Assembly (NCBI GenBank): GCA_947625265.1
Contig: CANQNM010000003.1
Coordinates: 1-43,262, forward strand
Length of the DNA: 43,262 nucleotides
Reading direction: 5' to 3'
DNA from: an uncultured Clostridia bacterium
GTDB lineage: Bacteria > Bacillota > Clostridia > Oscillospirales > CAG-272
A program made the position numbers and the translations under genes. The notes beneath the pieces are model-generated. The model saw only the letters and a program-made list of their open reading frames with translations, was not told where the DNA came from and made no database searches. Numbering within the stretch: position 1 is the stretch's first letter; every line of letters starts with the position of its first letter. Below, one piece after another: positions 1 through 8,848 of the stretch.

Positions 1-816
1 TACGTCGTAGGCGCGGGCATCAACACCAGGGACTATGCGCAAAGAGTACCGGCACTGGTGGAAGCAGGAGCGGACGTTCTCTGTATCGACTCTTCCGAAG
101 GTTTTTCAGAGTGGCAGTCCAAAACCATTGACTGGATCAGGGAGCATTACGGCGACAGCGTAAAAGTGGGCGCCGGAAACGTGGTTGATCGGGACGGTTT
201 TCTTTTCCTTGCTAAGGCAGGGGCCGATTTCGTGAAGGTCGGTATCGGCGGCGGCTCCATCTGCATCACCAGAGAAACCAAAGGCATCGGCAGAGGGCAG
301 GCAACGGCGCTCATTGACGTCTGCGCCGCGCGGGACGAATACTTCAAGGAAACGGGGGTTTATGTGCCGGTCTGCTCCGACGGCGGTATCGTTCATGACC
401 ATCATATGACGCTGGCTCTTGCCATGGGAGCGGATTTTCTGATGCTCGGCCGGTATTTCGCGCGTTTCGATGAAAGCCCTACCAACAAAATTTCCATCAA
501 AGGAAACTATTATAAGGAGTATTGGGGCGAGGGATCCAACCGTGCCCGCAACTGGCAGAGATACGATCAAGGCGGCGACAAAAAGTTATCTTTCGAGGAA
601 GGTGTGGATTCCTATGTTCCCTATGCGGGAACGCTTCGGGACAATGTGCGTCTGTCGCTGAGTAAGGTTGTCTCCACCATGTGCAATTGCGGCGCGCTCA
701 CCATTCCCGAATTGCAGCAAAAAGCCAGATTGACGCTTGTTTCTGCCACCAGCATCATCGAAGGCGGCGCACACGACGTCATTCAGAAGGAAACTTCCGC
801 AGGAAACGGAAAATGA
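1..816 (+). CDS. guaB: IMP dehydrogenase (5'-truncated by window edge)
   Basis: Frame is open from base 1 ([11 protein letters not shown]...). Contains the catalytic loop [24 protein letters not shown] and YWGEGS motifs of IMPDH. Confidence 0.95.
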   Translation, partial: YVVGAGINTRDYAQRVPALVEAGADVLCIDSSEGFSEWQSKTIDWIREHYGDSVKVGAGNVVDRDGFLFLAKAGADFVKVGIGGGSICITRETKGIGRGQATALIDVCAARDEYFKETGVYVPVCSDGGIVHDHHMTLALAMGADFLMLGRYFARFDESPTNKISIKGNYYKEYWGEGSNRARNWQRYDQGGDKKLSFEEGVDSYVPYAGTLRDNVRLSLSKVVSTMCNCGALTIPELQQKARLTLVSATSIIEGGAHDVIQKETSAGNGK

Positions 817-911
817 GACAGTTTCTTTTTGCAGACTGCAGAACGCAGGGTGCAGACATCGAATAAAACACCGGACATTCTTTAAACGCAGGGCGCTGCG
901 CCATGAGGATG

Positions 912-985
912 ACGGAACATATCCGTATCGGGAAAAGGCATTGTTTTCTGCCAATGTTTGTACGGATATGTTCCGTTTTTGTTTT
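912..985 (+). terminator. Probable intrinsic terminator of guaB
   Basis: Perfect 16-bp inverted repeat ACGGAACATATCCGTA (912-927) / TACGGATATGTTCCGT (961-976), followed by a T-rich tract. Confidence 0.65.
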
Positions 986-1106
986 GCTCCTGCTCTGTAT
1001 TGATCTTGGTTCATTTCAACCTGTTTTTTCACTTGCGGCCCAAAACGCCGTGCAAATTCCCTTTGCTCCGGCTTGAACAATATTTATAAAAAAATCAGAA
1101 AAAGCG

Positions 1107-1136
1107 CCAACCTTTTGGAATTTTTCCGCACTATAT
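1107..1136 (+). promoter_or_regulatory. Candidate ECF-type (autoregulatory) promoter
   Basis: AAC-containing -35-like CCAACC at 1107-1112 and CGCACTAT at 1127-1134, shortly upstream of the sigma RBS. Resembles the ECF promoter pattern only. Confidence 0.3.
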
Positions 1137-1161
1137 GGTCAAACGGCGCCGGAGAACTGAA

Positions 1162-2781
1162 ATGGATAAACAAAAAGCGGATGAACTCATCACCGAATAC
1201 CTTCCAAAAATTTACGGCTTTGCCGTCAAAAAGTCCTTTTCCTATGCGGAAGCGGAAGATTTGGCGGCCGAGATTGTAAAAGAAGTGTATCTTTCCCTGC
1301 TTACCGCCAGAGAGGTGGTCAACGTTGAGGGATATGTGTGGCGTATCAGCGAATATACATACGCGAAATACGTCTCTTTAAAGAAAAAACACGAGGGCAT
1401 ATCTCTTGACGGGATAGAAATTCCTGTATGGGAGGACGATATTTTGGACGATCCGGCGGAAGAAATCGCCGCGCTGCGCCGCGAAATTGCCTTTTTGAGC
1501 GAAAAACGCCGCGAAGTAGTTTACCTGTTTTACTACAAGGACAGATCCGTTTCCTTTATCGCAGACAAATTGGGGATCCCGGAAGGAACGGTGAAGTGGC
1601 ACCTGAACAAAGCGAGAAACGAATTGAAAGAAGGAATGAAAATGGAAAGAAAAATCGGAAAACTGGGCATTGCTCCTTTGGAATTGCAAAATGTGTGTAT
1701 AGGTCACAGCGGCATGCCCGGAACCAACGGCGGTCCGGAATTCTATCTTGGCGACAAACTCAACCTCAACATCGTTTACAGCGTGTACCACACGCCCAGA
1801 ACTAAAGAGGAGATTGCCGAGGAACTGGGTGTGACACTGGTATACATCGAAGACAAGATCGAATTTCTTGAAAGCAACGGCTTTCTCGTGAAAACCTCCG
1901 GAAACCGCTATACCACCTATGTGTGTTTCTCCCCCGAGACTTTTTCCCTTGAGTTGTGGGAGAAGAAACTCAAAACACAGATGAAGATTGCAGAAACTCT
2001 GGCAAAGGACTATGTACCCGTCGTGCGGGCGGCCGTTGCCGGGATGGACGAGGTATATATTCCGGGCGGAAATCGGGAACTGCTGGATGCGGCGGCGATC
2101 TTCTATGGAATCTTGCAAAAATGCAGACTTCCCGTGAAAAACGATGTGTCAAACTACAATATTAAAACTACAGACGGTGGGAACTATATCGCATATGTGG
2201 ATATTCCGGCCGAAAGATCCGACCCGGCGTATAAACCCACCCTGAAACCCGCGGACTATAATACATGTGGATTCATGACGAGAGATTCTTCAAAATATCC
2301 CGCCGTATTCTCCTGGTCCGTGGACTCACGCCTTGATTCTCGCCAGGGCGGTTGGGAAAACAATCTCAACACAGACTACGAATATCTTTATGAATTCATG
2401 AGCAAAACCATCTGCGACAACGCCGCCAACAAAGAAAAGTTCAAGAGACTGAAAGAACGGAACTTTTTAACCGAAGACAATCAGGTGAACATCATGGTGG
2501 TCAAAGGAACAGAATCTGAATTTTTCAAAAAAATTCCAAGTTGCGACGACCGGCTGAAGAACAAATTTGCCGACGCCGCTTTGGAATACGCCACCGCGCA
2601 TGCAAGGAAATATCCACCGCAGATGCAGGATTTAGTGATCGGAATGGCGTCCGACTTCATCGGCAGCACCGTGGCGATGATGGTTATGGACATTCTCTAC
2701 AGCAACGGCACCTTCCGCGCACTGACGTCCAACGAAAAAGTGACCTCCACACTTTTGATGTTCAGCGACATTCTTCCTTAA
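1162..2781 (+). CDS. ECF-type sigma-70 factor with long C-terminal extension (second winged HTH plus unknown domain)
   Basis: Region 2 (YLPKIYGFA..AEDLAAEI..YVWRI) and region 4 (VVYLFYYKDRSVSFIADKLGIPEGTVKWHLNKAR), then ~370 extra aa including TKEEIAEELGVTLVYIEDKIEFLESNGFL. RBS GGAG precedes ATG 1162. Confidence 0.85.
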   Translation: MDKQKADELITEYLPKIYGFAVKKSFSYAEAEDLAAEIVKEVYLSLLTAREVVNVEGYVWRISEYTYAKYVSLKKKHEGISLDGIEIPVWEDDILDDPAEEIAALRREIAFLSEKRREVVYLFYYKDRSVSFIADKLGIPEGTVKWHLNKARNELKEGMKMERKIGKLGIAPLELQNVCIGHSGMPGTNGGPEFYLGDKLNLNIVYSVYHTPRTKEEIAEELGVTLVYIEDKIEFLESNGFLVKTSGNRYTTYVCFSPETFSLELWEKKLKTQMKIAETLAKDYVPVVRAAVAGMDEVYIPGGNRELLDAAAIFYGILQKCRLPVKNDVSNYNIKTTDGGNYIAYVDIPAERSDPAYKPTLKPADYNTCGFMTRDSSKYPAVFSWSVDSRLDSRQGGWENNLNTDYEYLYEFMSKTICDNAANKEKFKRLKERNFLTEDNQVNIMVVKGTESEFFKKIPSCDDRLKNKFADAALEYATAHARKYPPQMQDLVIGMASDFIGSTVAMMVMDILYSNGTFRALTSNEKVTSTLLMFSDILP

Positions 2782-2789
2782 ACCTCATC

Positions 2790-2825
2790 CAGGACCGCCG
2801 CGAAGCCACGCACGCGGCGGTCCTG
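2790..2825 (+). terminator. GC-rich hairpin between sigma gene and ABC genes (terminator or mRNA stabiliser)
   Basis: 13-bp perfect stem CAGGACCGCCGCG/CGCGGCGGTCCTG; only a weak T tract follows. Confidence 0.45.
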
Positions 2826-2916
2826 ACGCTTTCCCCTTCCCTTGTCTATAACCCCAACTGGTCAAGTGAAGAGCGGCGGCGCCTTGAATCAAATAGAAAA
2901 AAAGGAATTTTTGTTT

Positions 2917-4713
2917 ATGCAAAGTGAAAGTGTACAGGCCATTAAAAATGGAATATATTCCTTTCAAACGATCACTCGGTATGTTCCGGGATGGACATTT
3001 TGTTATGTGTTTCTCACGGCGATTTCCGCACTTATTTCGCCTGTACAAATCTATGTCCTGGAAAATCTAGTAGATTCTGTTGTTTCAGCATGGAATGTAC
3101 AGCATATTTTTTGGTGGGGAACTCTGCTGATTGCAGTGATCCTTTTGAGGTCAGGCTTCTCTTTTGTAAAAGGACTTGTCATGACAATGTTGACAAGAGA
3201 CTTCCGGCGAGGGCAAATTCCGGTTACCCTTCGGAAATTTCGGCAGATCGAATATGCCTGTTTCGAGAATTCGTCAAAGCAGGACCTGCTGAATAAGATT
3301 TCCGAAAATCCCCAGTCGGAAATCCTGTCTGTATTTGTGCAAATGCTTTCGATTATTTCTGCTGTTATAAGTACGGCGGGAGTGGAACTGCTGCTTTTTA
3401 GAGCATCTTTTCTCCTCGGCATCGTTTCGATTGTTACGATGCTCCCCATGTTTTTGCTTGAGGGAAAAGCGGCAAACAAGGAAACAAAACTGCGATGGAC
3501 AATGACCACAGATATTCGGAAACGGTATTATTTGCAACAATTGTTTGTGGATAAAGATGCTTTGCAGGAGATCAAGTTGTTCGATGCCAAAGATCTCCTT
3601 ATCGACAGGTCTGAGGCACTCACGAAAAAGATCAATACGGAAATGAAGGATACTTTAAAACAAGTGATCCGACTTTCTTCCGGTTCCTCGATGGCGGCAT
3701 TCATTTTTACAGGAGCGGCTCTGTTTGTGCTTTCCTTTGCCTTGCTGAAAGGAAACATTACCTTTGGCGTATTTGTTTCTCTTGTAACGGCGCTCACCAG
3801 TTTTTATGGAACGATCCGAGGAACCGTGGGGGCGGTGGCGACATTTCTGCGCCTTTCTGCAAAAATCAAATATTATCAGGATTTTCTTGCTCTTCCCGAA
3901 CGGATGGATCCTTTGCACGGTGACGAAAAGGAAACCGCAGATCCTGCAACAATTCAGTTCGATCATGTATCATTTCGTTATCCTGGCTCCGAAAAGGATG
4001 TTCTGCATGATGTCAGCTTCACCATTTTCCCAGAACAGAGGATCGCTTTTGTGGGACAAAACGGTGCCGGAAAAACAACGATCATTAAATTGCTTCTGGG
4101 GCTCTATGTACCCACACGAGGGAAAATTTACATTGGTGGAATGGATAGTACAGAACTATCTGACGAGAAACGGCAAAAACTGTTTTCGGTTATTTTTCAG
4201 GACTACCAAAATTACGAACTTACATTACGGGAAAACATCGCTTTTGGAAATATTGAGAAACTACGATGTGACGATGCTCTGTTCAAAGCGATGAAGGACG
4301 CCGGAATAGAGGACCTGCCGACAAAGTATGATCAAGGTTTTGATCAGCATTTGGGAAGAATCTTCGAGGATGGCGTAAATCTTTCCGGCGGACAGTGGCA
4401 GCGAGCAGCCCTTGCAAGAGCGTATTTGGCAGATGCCTCCTTTATCATTATGGATGAACCCACCGCAGCCCTTGATCCCATTGCGGAAAGCGAAATGTAT
4501 ACGCAATTTGCGGCGATTTTAAAAAATCGAGGGGCGATCATGATTTCACATCGTCTGGCATCTGCAAAAATGGCGGAAAAAATATTTGTCATGGAAAATG
4601 GACGCATTACCGAGGAAGGATGTCATGATGAACTGCTAAAAAAAGGCGGAGCATATGCAGAAATGTGGGAAAAACAAAGCTCATGGTATACAGAAAGGAA
4701 AATGACAGTATGA
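2917..4713 (+). CDS. ABC exporter, fused permease/ATP-binding subunit 1
   Basis: N-terminal TM helices; Walker A GQNGAGKT, signature LSGGQWQ, Walker B IMDEPT, H-loop SHR. RBS AAGGA before ATG 2917. Confidence 0.92.
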   Translation: MQSESVQAIKNGIYSFQTITRYVPGWTFCYVFLTAISALISPVQIYVLENLVDSVVSAWNVQHIFWWGTLLIAVILLRSGFSFVKGLVMTMLTRDFRRGQIPVTLRKFRQIEYACFENSSKQDLLNKISENPQSEILSVFVQMLSIISAVISTAGVELLLFRASFLLGIVSIVTMLPMFLLEGKAANKETKLRWTMTTDIRKRYYLQQLFVDKDALQEIKLFDAKDLLIDRSEALTKKINTEMKDTLKQVIRLSSGSSMAAFIFTGAALFVLSFALLKGNITFGVFVSLVTALTSFYGTIRGTVGAVATFLRLSAKIKYYQDFLALPERMDPLHGDEKETADPATIQFDHVSFRYPGSEKDVLHDVSFTIFPEQRIAFVGQNGAGKTTIIKLLLGLYVPTRGKIYIGGMDSTELSDEKRQKLFSVIFQDYQNYELTLRENIAFGNIEKLRCDDALFKAMKDAGIEDLPTKYDQGFDQHLGRIFEDGVNLSGGQWQRAALARAYLADASFIIMDEPTAALDPIAESEMYTQFAAILKNRGAIMISHRLASAKMAEKIFVMENGRITEEGCHDELLKKGGAYAEMWEKQSSWYTERKMTV

Positions 4714-6482
4714 AAGAAAACAAGGAGAGAGGAATGTGGAAAACGATCCTACTTTCCACAAAAGACTTATTTTCAGCAATGCCGGTCATTGTGAGCGTGA
4801 CCATTTTCCTTCAAATGGTCACAGCAGGCATTTCGGTGGCCATGGTATCCCTCACGGCAAAGTTGATCGATTCCGCCGGCAATATTTCGTCGGATGCAAA
4901 AGCAGTTTTTGTTTTTGCGGGAGTCATTCTTTGCTGCCGACTTGTTTCACTCTTTTGCGAAAAAATTTCTTATCGCATCAACCAGATCGACGCCGTACCC
5001 AAATTTGAGATATTTCATCACAGACTCTCACAATATACCGTATCGCTTTCCTTAGAAGCGGCGGAGGATCCGGAGATTTCCGGAATGTTTTGGAGAGCAA
5101 AGGATGCGGTCTATCAAAACCGTATGGGGGAGGTGTTTTTTGGGGTATTTGGGATCCTGCCGGGGCTTTTTCAACTCGTTTCGATAGCGATCGTTTTAGG
5201 CGCATATCATAAGGTTCTTGTACTCCTTGCCGGGATATCGGTTCTTCCAGTATTGATTGTACAGATCATGCAGGGTAAAAAAGGATATCGGCTGTACAAA
5301 AGTCAAACGGAAAAAAACCGATTATGCGGATATCTTTGGGAACTTTTGACCTCGAGAAATTCAGTCAAAGAGATGCGCATCATGGGGTTTTCCGGGTATC
5401 TTACCGACAAATATTTGGAAGTCCAGGAAGAAGTAAACGAAGAAAACAGACGGTTTGCTATGAAAAGCAGTTTGCAGGGTTTTCTTTGTGATTTCATCAA
5501 GATCGCTTTTTATGCCGTTTCCATCGCAGTTTGTGTGATGCTTTTGCGGGAATCGAAAATATCCGTCGGAGCGTTCGGTGCCTGTCTTGGTGCTTTTACA
5601 TCTATGCAGGGAGTCCTCGCCGGATTGCTTTCCGGAATATCCGGCATCAAAAATACCTGTAATTATGCAAACGATTATTATGATTTTTTCCATTTGAAAA
5701 AGGCGGATACGCACACAAGAAAAGTGAATCTATCCGGGTCGGTCCTGTCCACGGAGGACCTGTCCTTTCGGTATCCCAAAGCGGACCAAAATGCAGTCAA
5801 CAGAGTAAATCTTGCGATCAAAAAGGGAGAAATCATTGCCATAGTCGGGGAAAACGGTTCTGGGAAAACAACCCTTTCCAAACTCTTACTTGGCTTGTAT
5901 ACGCCAACGGAGGGGTATGTGCGAATGGATGGCGAGGATATTCAAACATTGAATCACGATTACTACAAAAAATTTTCGCTCGTCGCCCAAAGATTTGGGA
6001 GATACAGCATTTCTTTAAGGGATAACATTGCGATAAGCGATATCCGAAGGCGTGAAGACACGTTTTTAATCCAATCTGCCATGGACACAGCCGGGATCAA
6101 AAATCTTGGAGCGCAAATCGGCGGGATAAACGAAGAATTAGGGATAGAATTTGGCGGGAAAGAGTTATCCGGCGGACAGTGGCAGAAGGTGGCCCTTGCG
6201 AGAGGAGTCTTTCGCAAGGGCGAGATCCTATTTCTAGACGAACCTACCAGCGCATTGGACCCCATCACAGAGTACGATATTTTGTCGGGGTTTGTTGGCA
6301 TGGTTGATCAAAAAACTGCGTTTGTCGTTTCTCATCGCATCGGGATCTGTAAGATCGTCGATCGAATTCTTGTGATGCAAAACGGAAAGATCGTAGAGGA
6401 CGGAACGCATGAGCAGTTGTTGCGGCGCAGCGGCGTTTACGCAAAAATGTGGGACGAACAGGCAAAATGGTACCAAGAATAG
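4710..6482 (+). CDS. ABC exporter, fused permease/ATP-binding subunit 2
   Basis: ATGA overlap with the upstream gene; GENGSGKT, LSGGQWQ, FLDEPT, SHR; TM domain. Confidence 0.92.
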   Translation: MKENKERGMWKTILLSTKDLFSAMPVIVSVTIFLQMVTAGISVAMVSLTAKLIDSAGNISSDAKAVFVFAGVILCCRLVSLFCEKISYRINQIDAVPKFEIFHHRLSQYTVSLSLEAAEDPEISGMFWRAKDAVYQNRMGEVFFGVFGILPGLFQLVSIAIVLGAYHKVLVLLAGISVLPVLIVQIMQGKKGYRLYKSQTEKNRLCGYLWELLTSRNSVKEMRIMGFSGYLTDKYLEVQEEVNEENRRFAMKSSLQGFLCDFIKIAFYAVSIAVCVMLLRESKISVGAFGACLGAFTSMQGVLAGLLSGISGIKNTCNYANDYYDFFHLKKADTHTRKVNLSGSVLSTEDLSFRYPKADQNAVNRVNLAIKKGEIIAIVGENGSGKTTLSKLLLGLYTPTEGYVRMDGEDIQTLNHDYYKKFSLVAQRFGRYSISLRDNIAISDIRRREDTFLIQSAMDTAGIKNLGAQIGGINEELGIEFGGKELSGGQWQKVALARGVFRKGEILFLDEPTSALDPITEYDILSGFVGMVDQKTAFVVSHRIGICKIVDRILVMQNGKIVEDGTHEQLLRRSGVYAKMWDEQAKWYQE

Positions 6483-6492
6483 GAGAAGAAAG

Positions 6493-6828
6493 ATGCTTTA
6501 CTAGACTAAATATTATTTATGCGAGAAAATAAATAATCATAAAATCATTCTAGGGAATACGCAAACGGGACATGGTATTGTTTTAAAAGGAAATGTGCAA
6601 GAAGTTATAGTTTCAACTGAAACAAAAATCTGGAATGAAGATATTGATTCAAATATAAAAAGAGTGCTTTTTCATACTGAATTTTTATTGGATTCGGATC
6701 AGATACAATCACAAAACAATCTTATTGAAAAAATGAGAGTCGAAACAGTATTTGATGATTCATATATGTCATTAACAATTGTATCTACCGATACCTATAA
6801 TTTCAATTATATATATTGCTATTACTAA
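6493..6828 (+). pseudogene. Degraded N-terminal fragment of a radical-SAM (peptide-maturase-like) gene
   Basis: RBS AGGAG then ATG 6493, with in-frame TAG at codon 4. The frame then stays open to SLTIVSTDTYNFNYIYCYY*, matching a CxxxCxxC context with two Cys positions reading TAT. Very AT-rich (14/60 G+C at 6601-6660). Confidence 0.7.
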
Positions 6829-6841
6829 AACAATTCATATC

Positions 6842-6982
6842 CGAAAAAACCGACGCTATGCCGAAATGTGGCGGGAGCAGTCTAAGTGGTACGAGCGGGG
6901 GAAGTACGAAAACGGTGAACTGCAGAAAAAACCGATCTCGCTCCGGTTTTTGAGGATCCGTTTTCGTTATAAAATTTCGTGA
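6842..6982 (+). pseudogene. Orphan C-terminal tail of a third ABC exporter
   Basis: RKNRRYAEMWREQSKWYE matches the C-termini of the two upstream exporters (GAYAEMWEKQSSWY, GVYAKMWDEQAKWY) but differs from both at DNA level. Confidence 0.7.
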
Positions 6983-7311
6983 GTTCACAGAGGAAAAACA
7001 AAGAGCGAAGCGCTATACAAAATCTTTTCACGTCTGGATCTGCGGCGACCGGCCAATCTCCCTCCTGAACTGTACAATCGCGCAGGAAACAAAGATGAAA
7101 CCGTCAAAAACAGTTTCGTTTATCCTCCAAAAAAGAAAAGGAGAAAGCAATAGGGGACAAGCCTGATAAAACAAAATTTTTTCGAACGCCAAGCAAGAGC
7201 GGCGCAGTCATAAAAGTGAAAAAAGGTCTTTAAAACGGCGTTGCGCGCCGGGCCTTCCGGGGAATTCAAAACCCCCGATCGCTCGACGCGCGACGTTTGT
7301 TTTACAAAGAT

Positions 7312-8457
7312 TTACAAAAGGCTCCTGTAAAGTTCAGCGATTTCCTCTACACTGGTTTCTCTCGGGTTTCCGGGACGGCAGGCGTCGTCGTAAGCGGACT
7401 GCGCCAGGAAAGGGATATCCTCCTCTTTCACAATCGCCTTTAGATCGGCGGGAATACCCACATCTGCGGACAGTTTCCGCACGGCGTCCACCGCCGCTTT
7501 CCGATATTGTTCCACCGACATTCCTTCTACGTCTTTCACACCCATGGCGGCGGCGATGTTCTTATATTTCTCACCGGTCGCCGGGGCGTTATATTCCATA
7601 ACTCTAGGCAAAATGATGGCGTTTGCGATGCCGTGAGGCGTATCGTAGAGCGCTCCCAAAGGATGAGCCATAGAGTGGACGATTCCCAACCCCACGTTGG
7701 AGAACCCCATGCCGGCGATATACTGTCCCAACGCCATGCCTTCTCTGCCCTCCTCGGTGTTCTTTACCGCATCGCGCAGAGTGCGGGAAATGATCTCAAT
7801 GGCCTTCAGATGGAACATATCTGACAGTTCCCACGCGCCTTTAGTGATATATCCCTCGATTGCATGTGTCAGAGCGTCCATACCTGTAGCGGCGGTAAGG
7901 CCTTTCGGCATCGTGGACATCATTTCAGGATCTACCACGGCGACCACCGGAATGTCGTGTACGTCCACGCAAACCATTTTACGGTTTTTCTTCACATCGG
8001 TGATCACATAGTTGATGGTGACTTCCGCCGCCGTTCCGGCGGTGGTGGGTACGGCAATGATGGGAACGCACCGATTCTTTGTAGGGGCGACCCCCTCCAA
8101 AGACACCACATCCCCAAACTCCGGGTTTTCGATGATGATCCCCACGGCCTTGGCCGTATCCATGGAAGAACCGCCGCCAATGGCCACGATGCAGTCGGCG
8201 TTCGCCTCTTTAAACGCCTTCACACCCGCCTGCACGTTTTCCACGGTGGGATTGGGCTTGATTTCAGAGAAAAGCGCATAGTTCACCTTCGCTTCATCCA
8301 AAATCCGAGTGACCTTCTGCGTCACGCCGAATTTGAGAAGATCGGGATCGGAAACCACCAGAGCCTTTTGAAAGCCCCGGCCTTTGATTTCATCGGGAAT
8401 GGCGCTGATCGCTCCCTTTCCGTGATACGAAATCTCATTGAGTACGAACCTGTTCAT
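7312..8457 (-). CDS. fucO: Lactaldehyde reductase (iron-containing alcohol dehydrogenase)
   Basis: MNRFVLNEISYHGKGA N-terminus; GGGSSMD, PTTAGTAAE, DALTHAIE, HSMAH and HG metal ligands. Confidence 0.88.
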   Translation of the reverse strand: MNRFVLNEISYHGKGAISAIPDEIKGRGFQKALVVSDPDLLKFGVTQKVTRILDEAKVNYALFSEIKPNPTVENVQAGVKAFKEANADCIVAIGGGSSMDTAKAVGIIIENPEFGDVVSLEGVAPTKNRCVPIIAVPTTAGTAAEVTINYVITDVKKNRKMVCVDVHDIPVVAVVDPEMMSTMPKGLTAATGMDALTHAIEGYITKGAWELSDMFHLKAIEIISRTLRDAVKNTEEGREGMALGQYIAGMGFSNVGLGIVHSMAHPLGALYDTPHGIANAIILPRVMEYNAPATGEKYKNIAAAMGVKDVEGMSVEQYRKAAVDAVRKLSADVGIPADLKAIVKEEDIPFLAQSAYDDACRPGNPRETSVEEIAELYRSLL

Positions 8458-8848
8458 AACAATACACCTCTCATTCCATTTTATTTATTCTCATTTATCC
8501 CGCCGAATATACGGTTTGTCTGTGCGTTGTCCGCAGACACGCAGATCTACACAGAAACGCGCCGGAACCCCGCAGTCAAACCTCAAAAGACGGGATAAAA
8601 TTCAAATACAACCGTAAAATCCTGATGTACAAAGAAAACGGGAAACAAAACCCGCGGCGGAACAGCCGAAGACGGTTCAGCGCACCGTTTTCAGCAACCG
8701 CGCGTCAGGCGGTTCACCCCGCAAAAGGCAGCGCCCTCAACATCTGCCGCAGACCGCATGTCGCAAACCGTGTATTGCAAACCGTGTATCGCCCGCCTGC
8801 TATACGCTGTAAATCACAGGTTGGAAACTGTCGCGGAGGATTTCAATT

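Noticed and set aside
903-1076. 57-aa hydrophobic ORF as a candidate RiPP precursor
   Set aside because: No RBS, and it runs through the guaB terminator, whose T tract explains the hydrophobic codons.
817-7311. Integrated mobile element next to guaB
   Set aside because: No integrase, transposase or flanking direct repeats seen; only the compositional shift supports horizontal origin.
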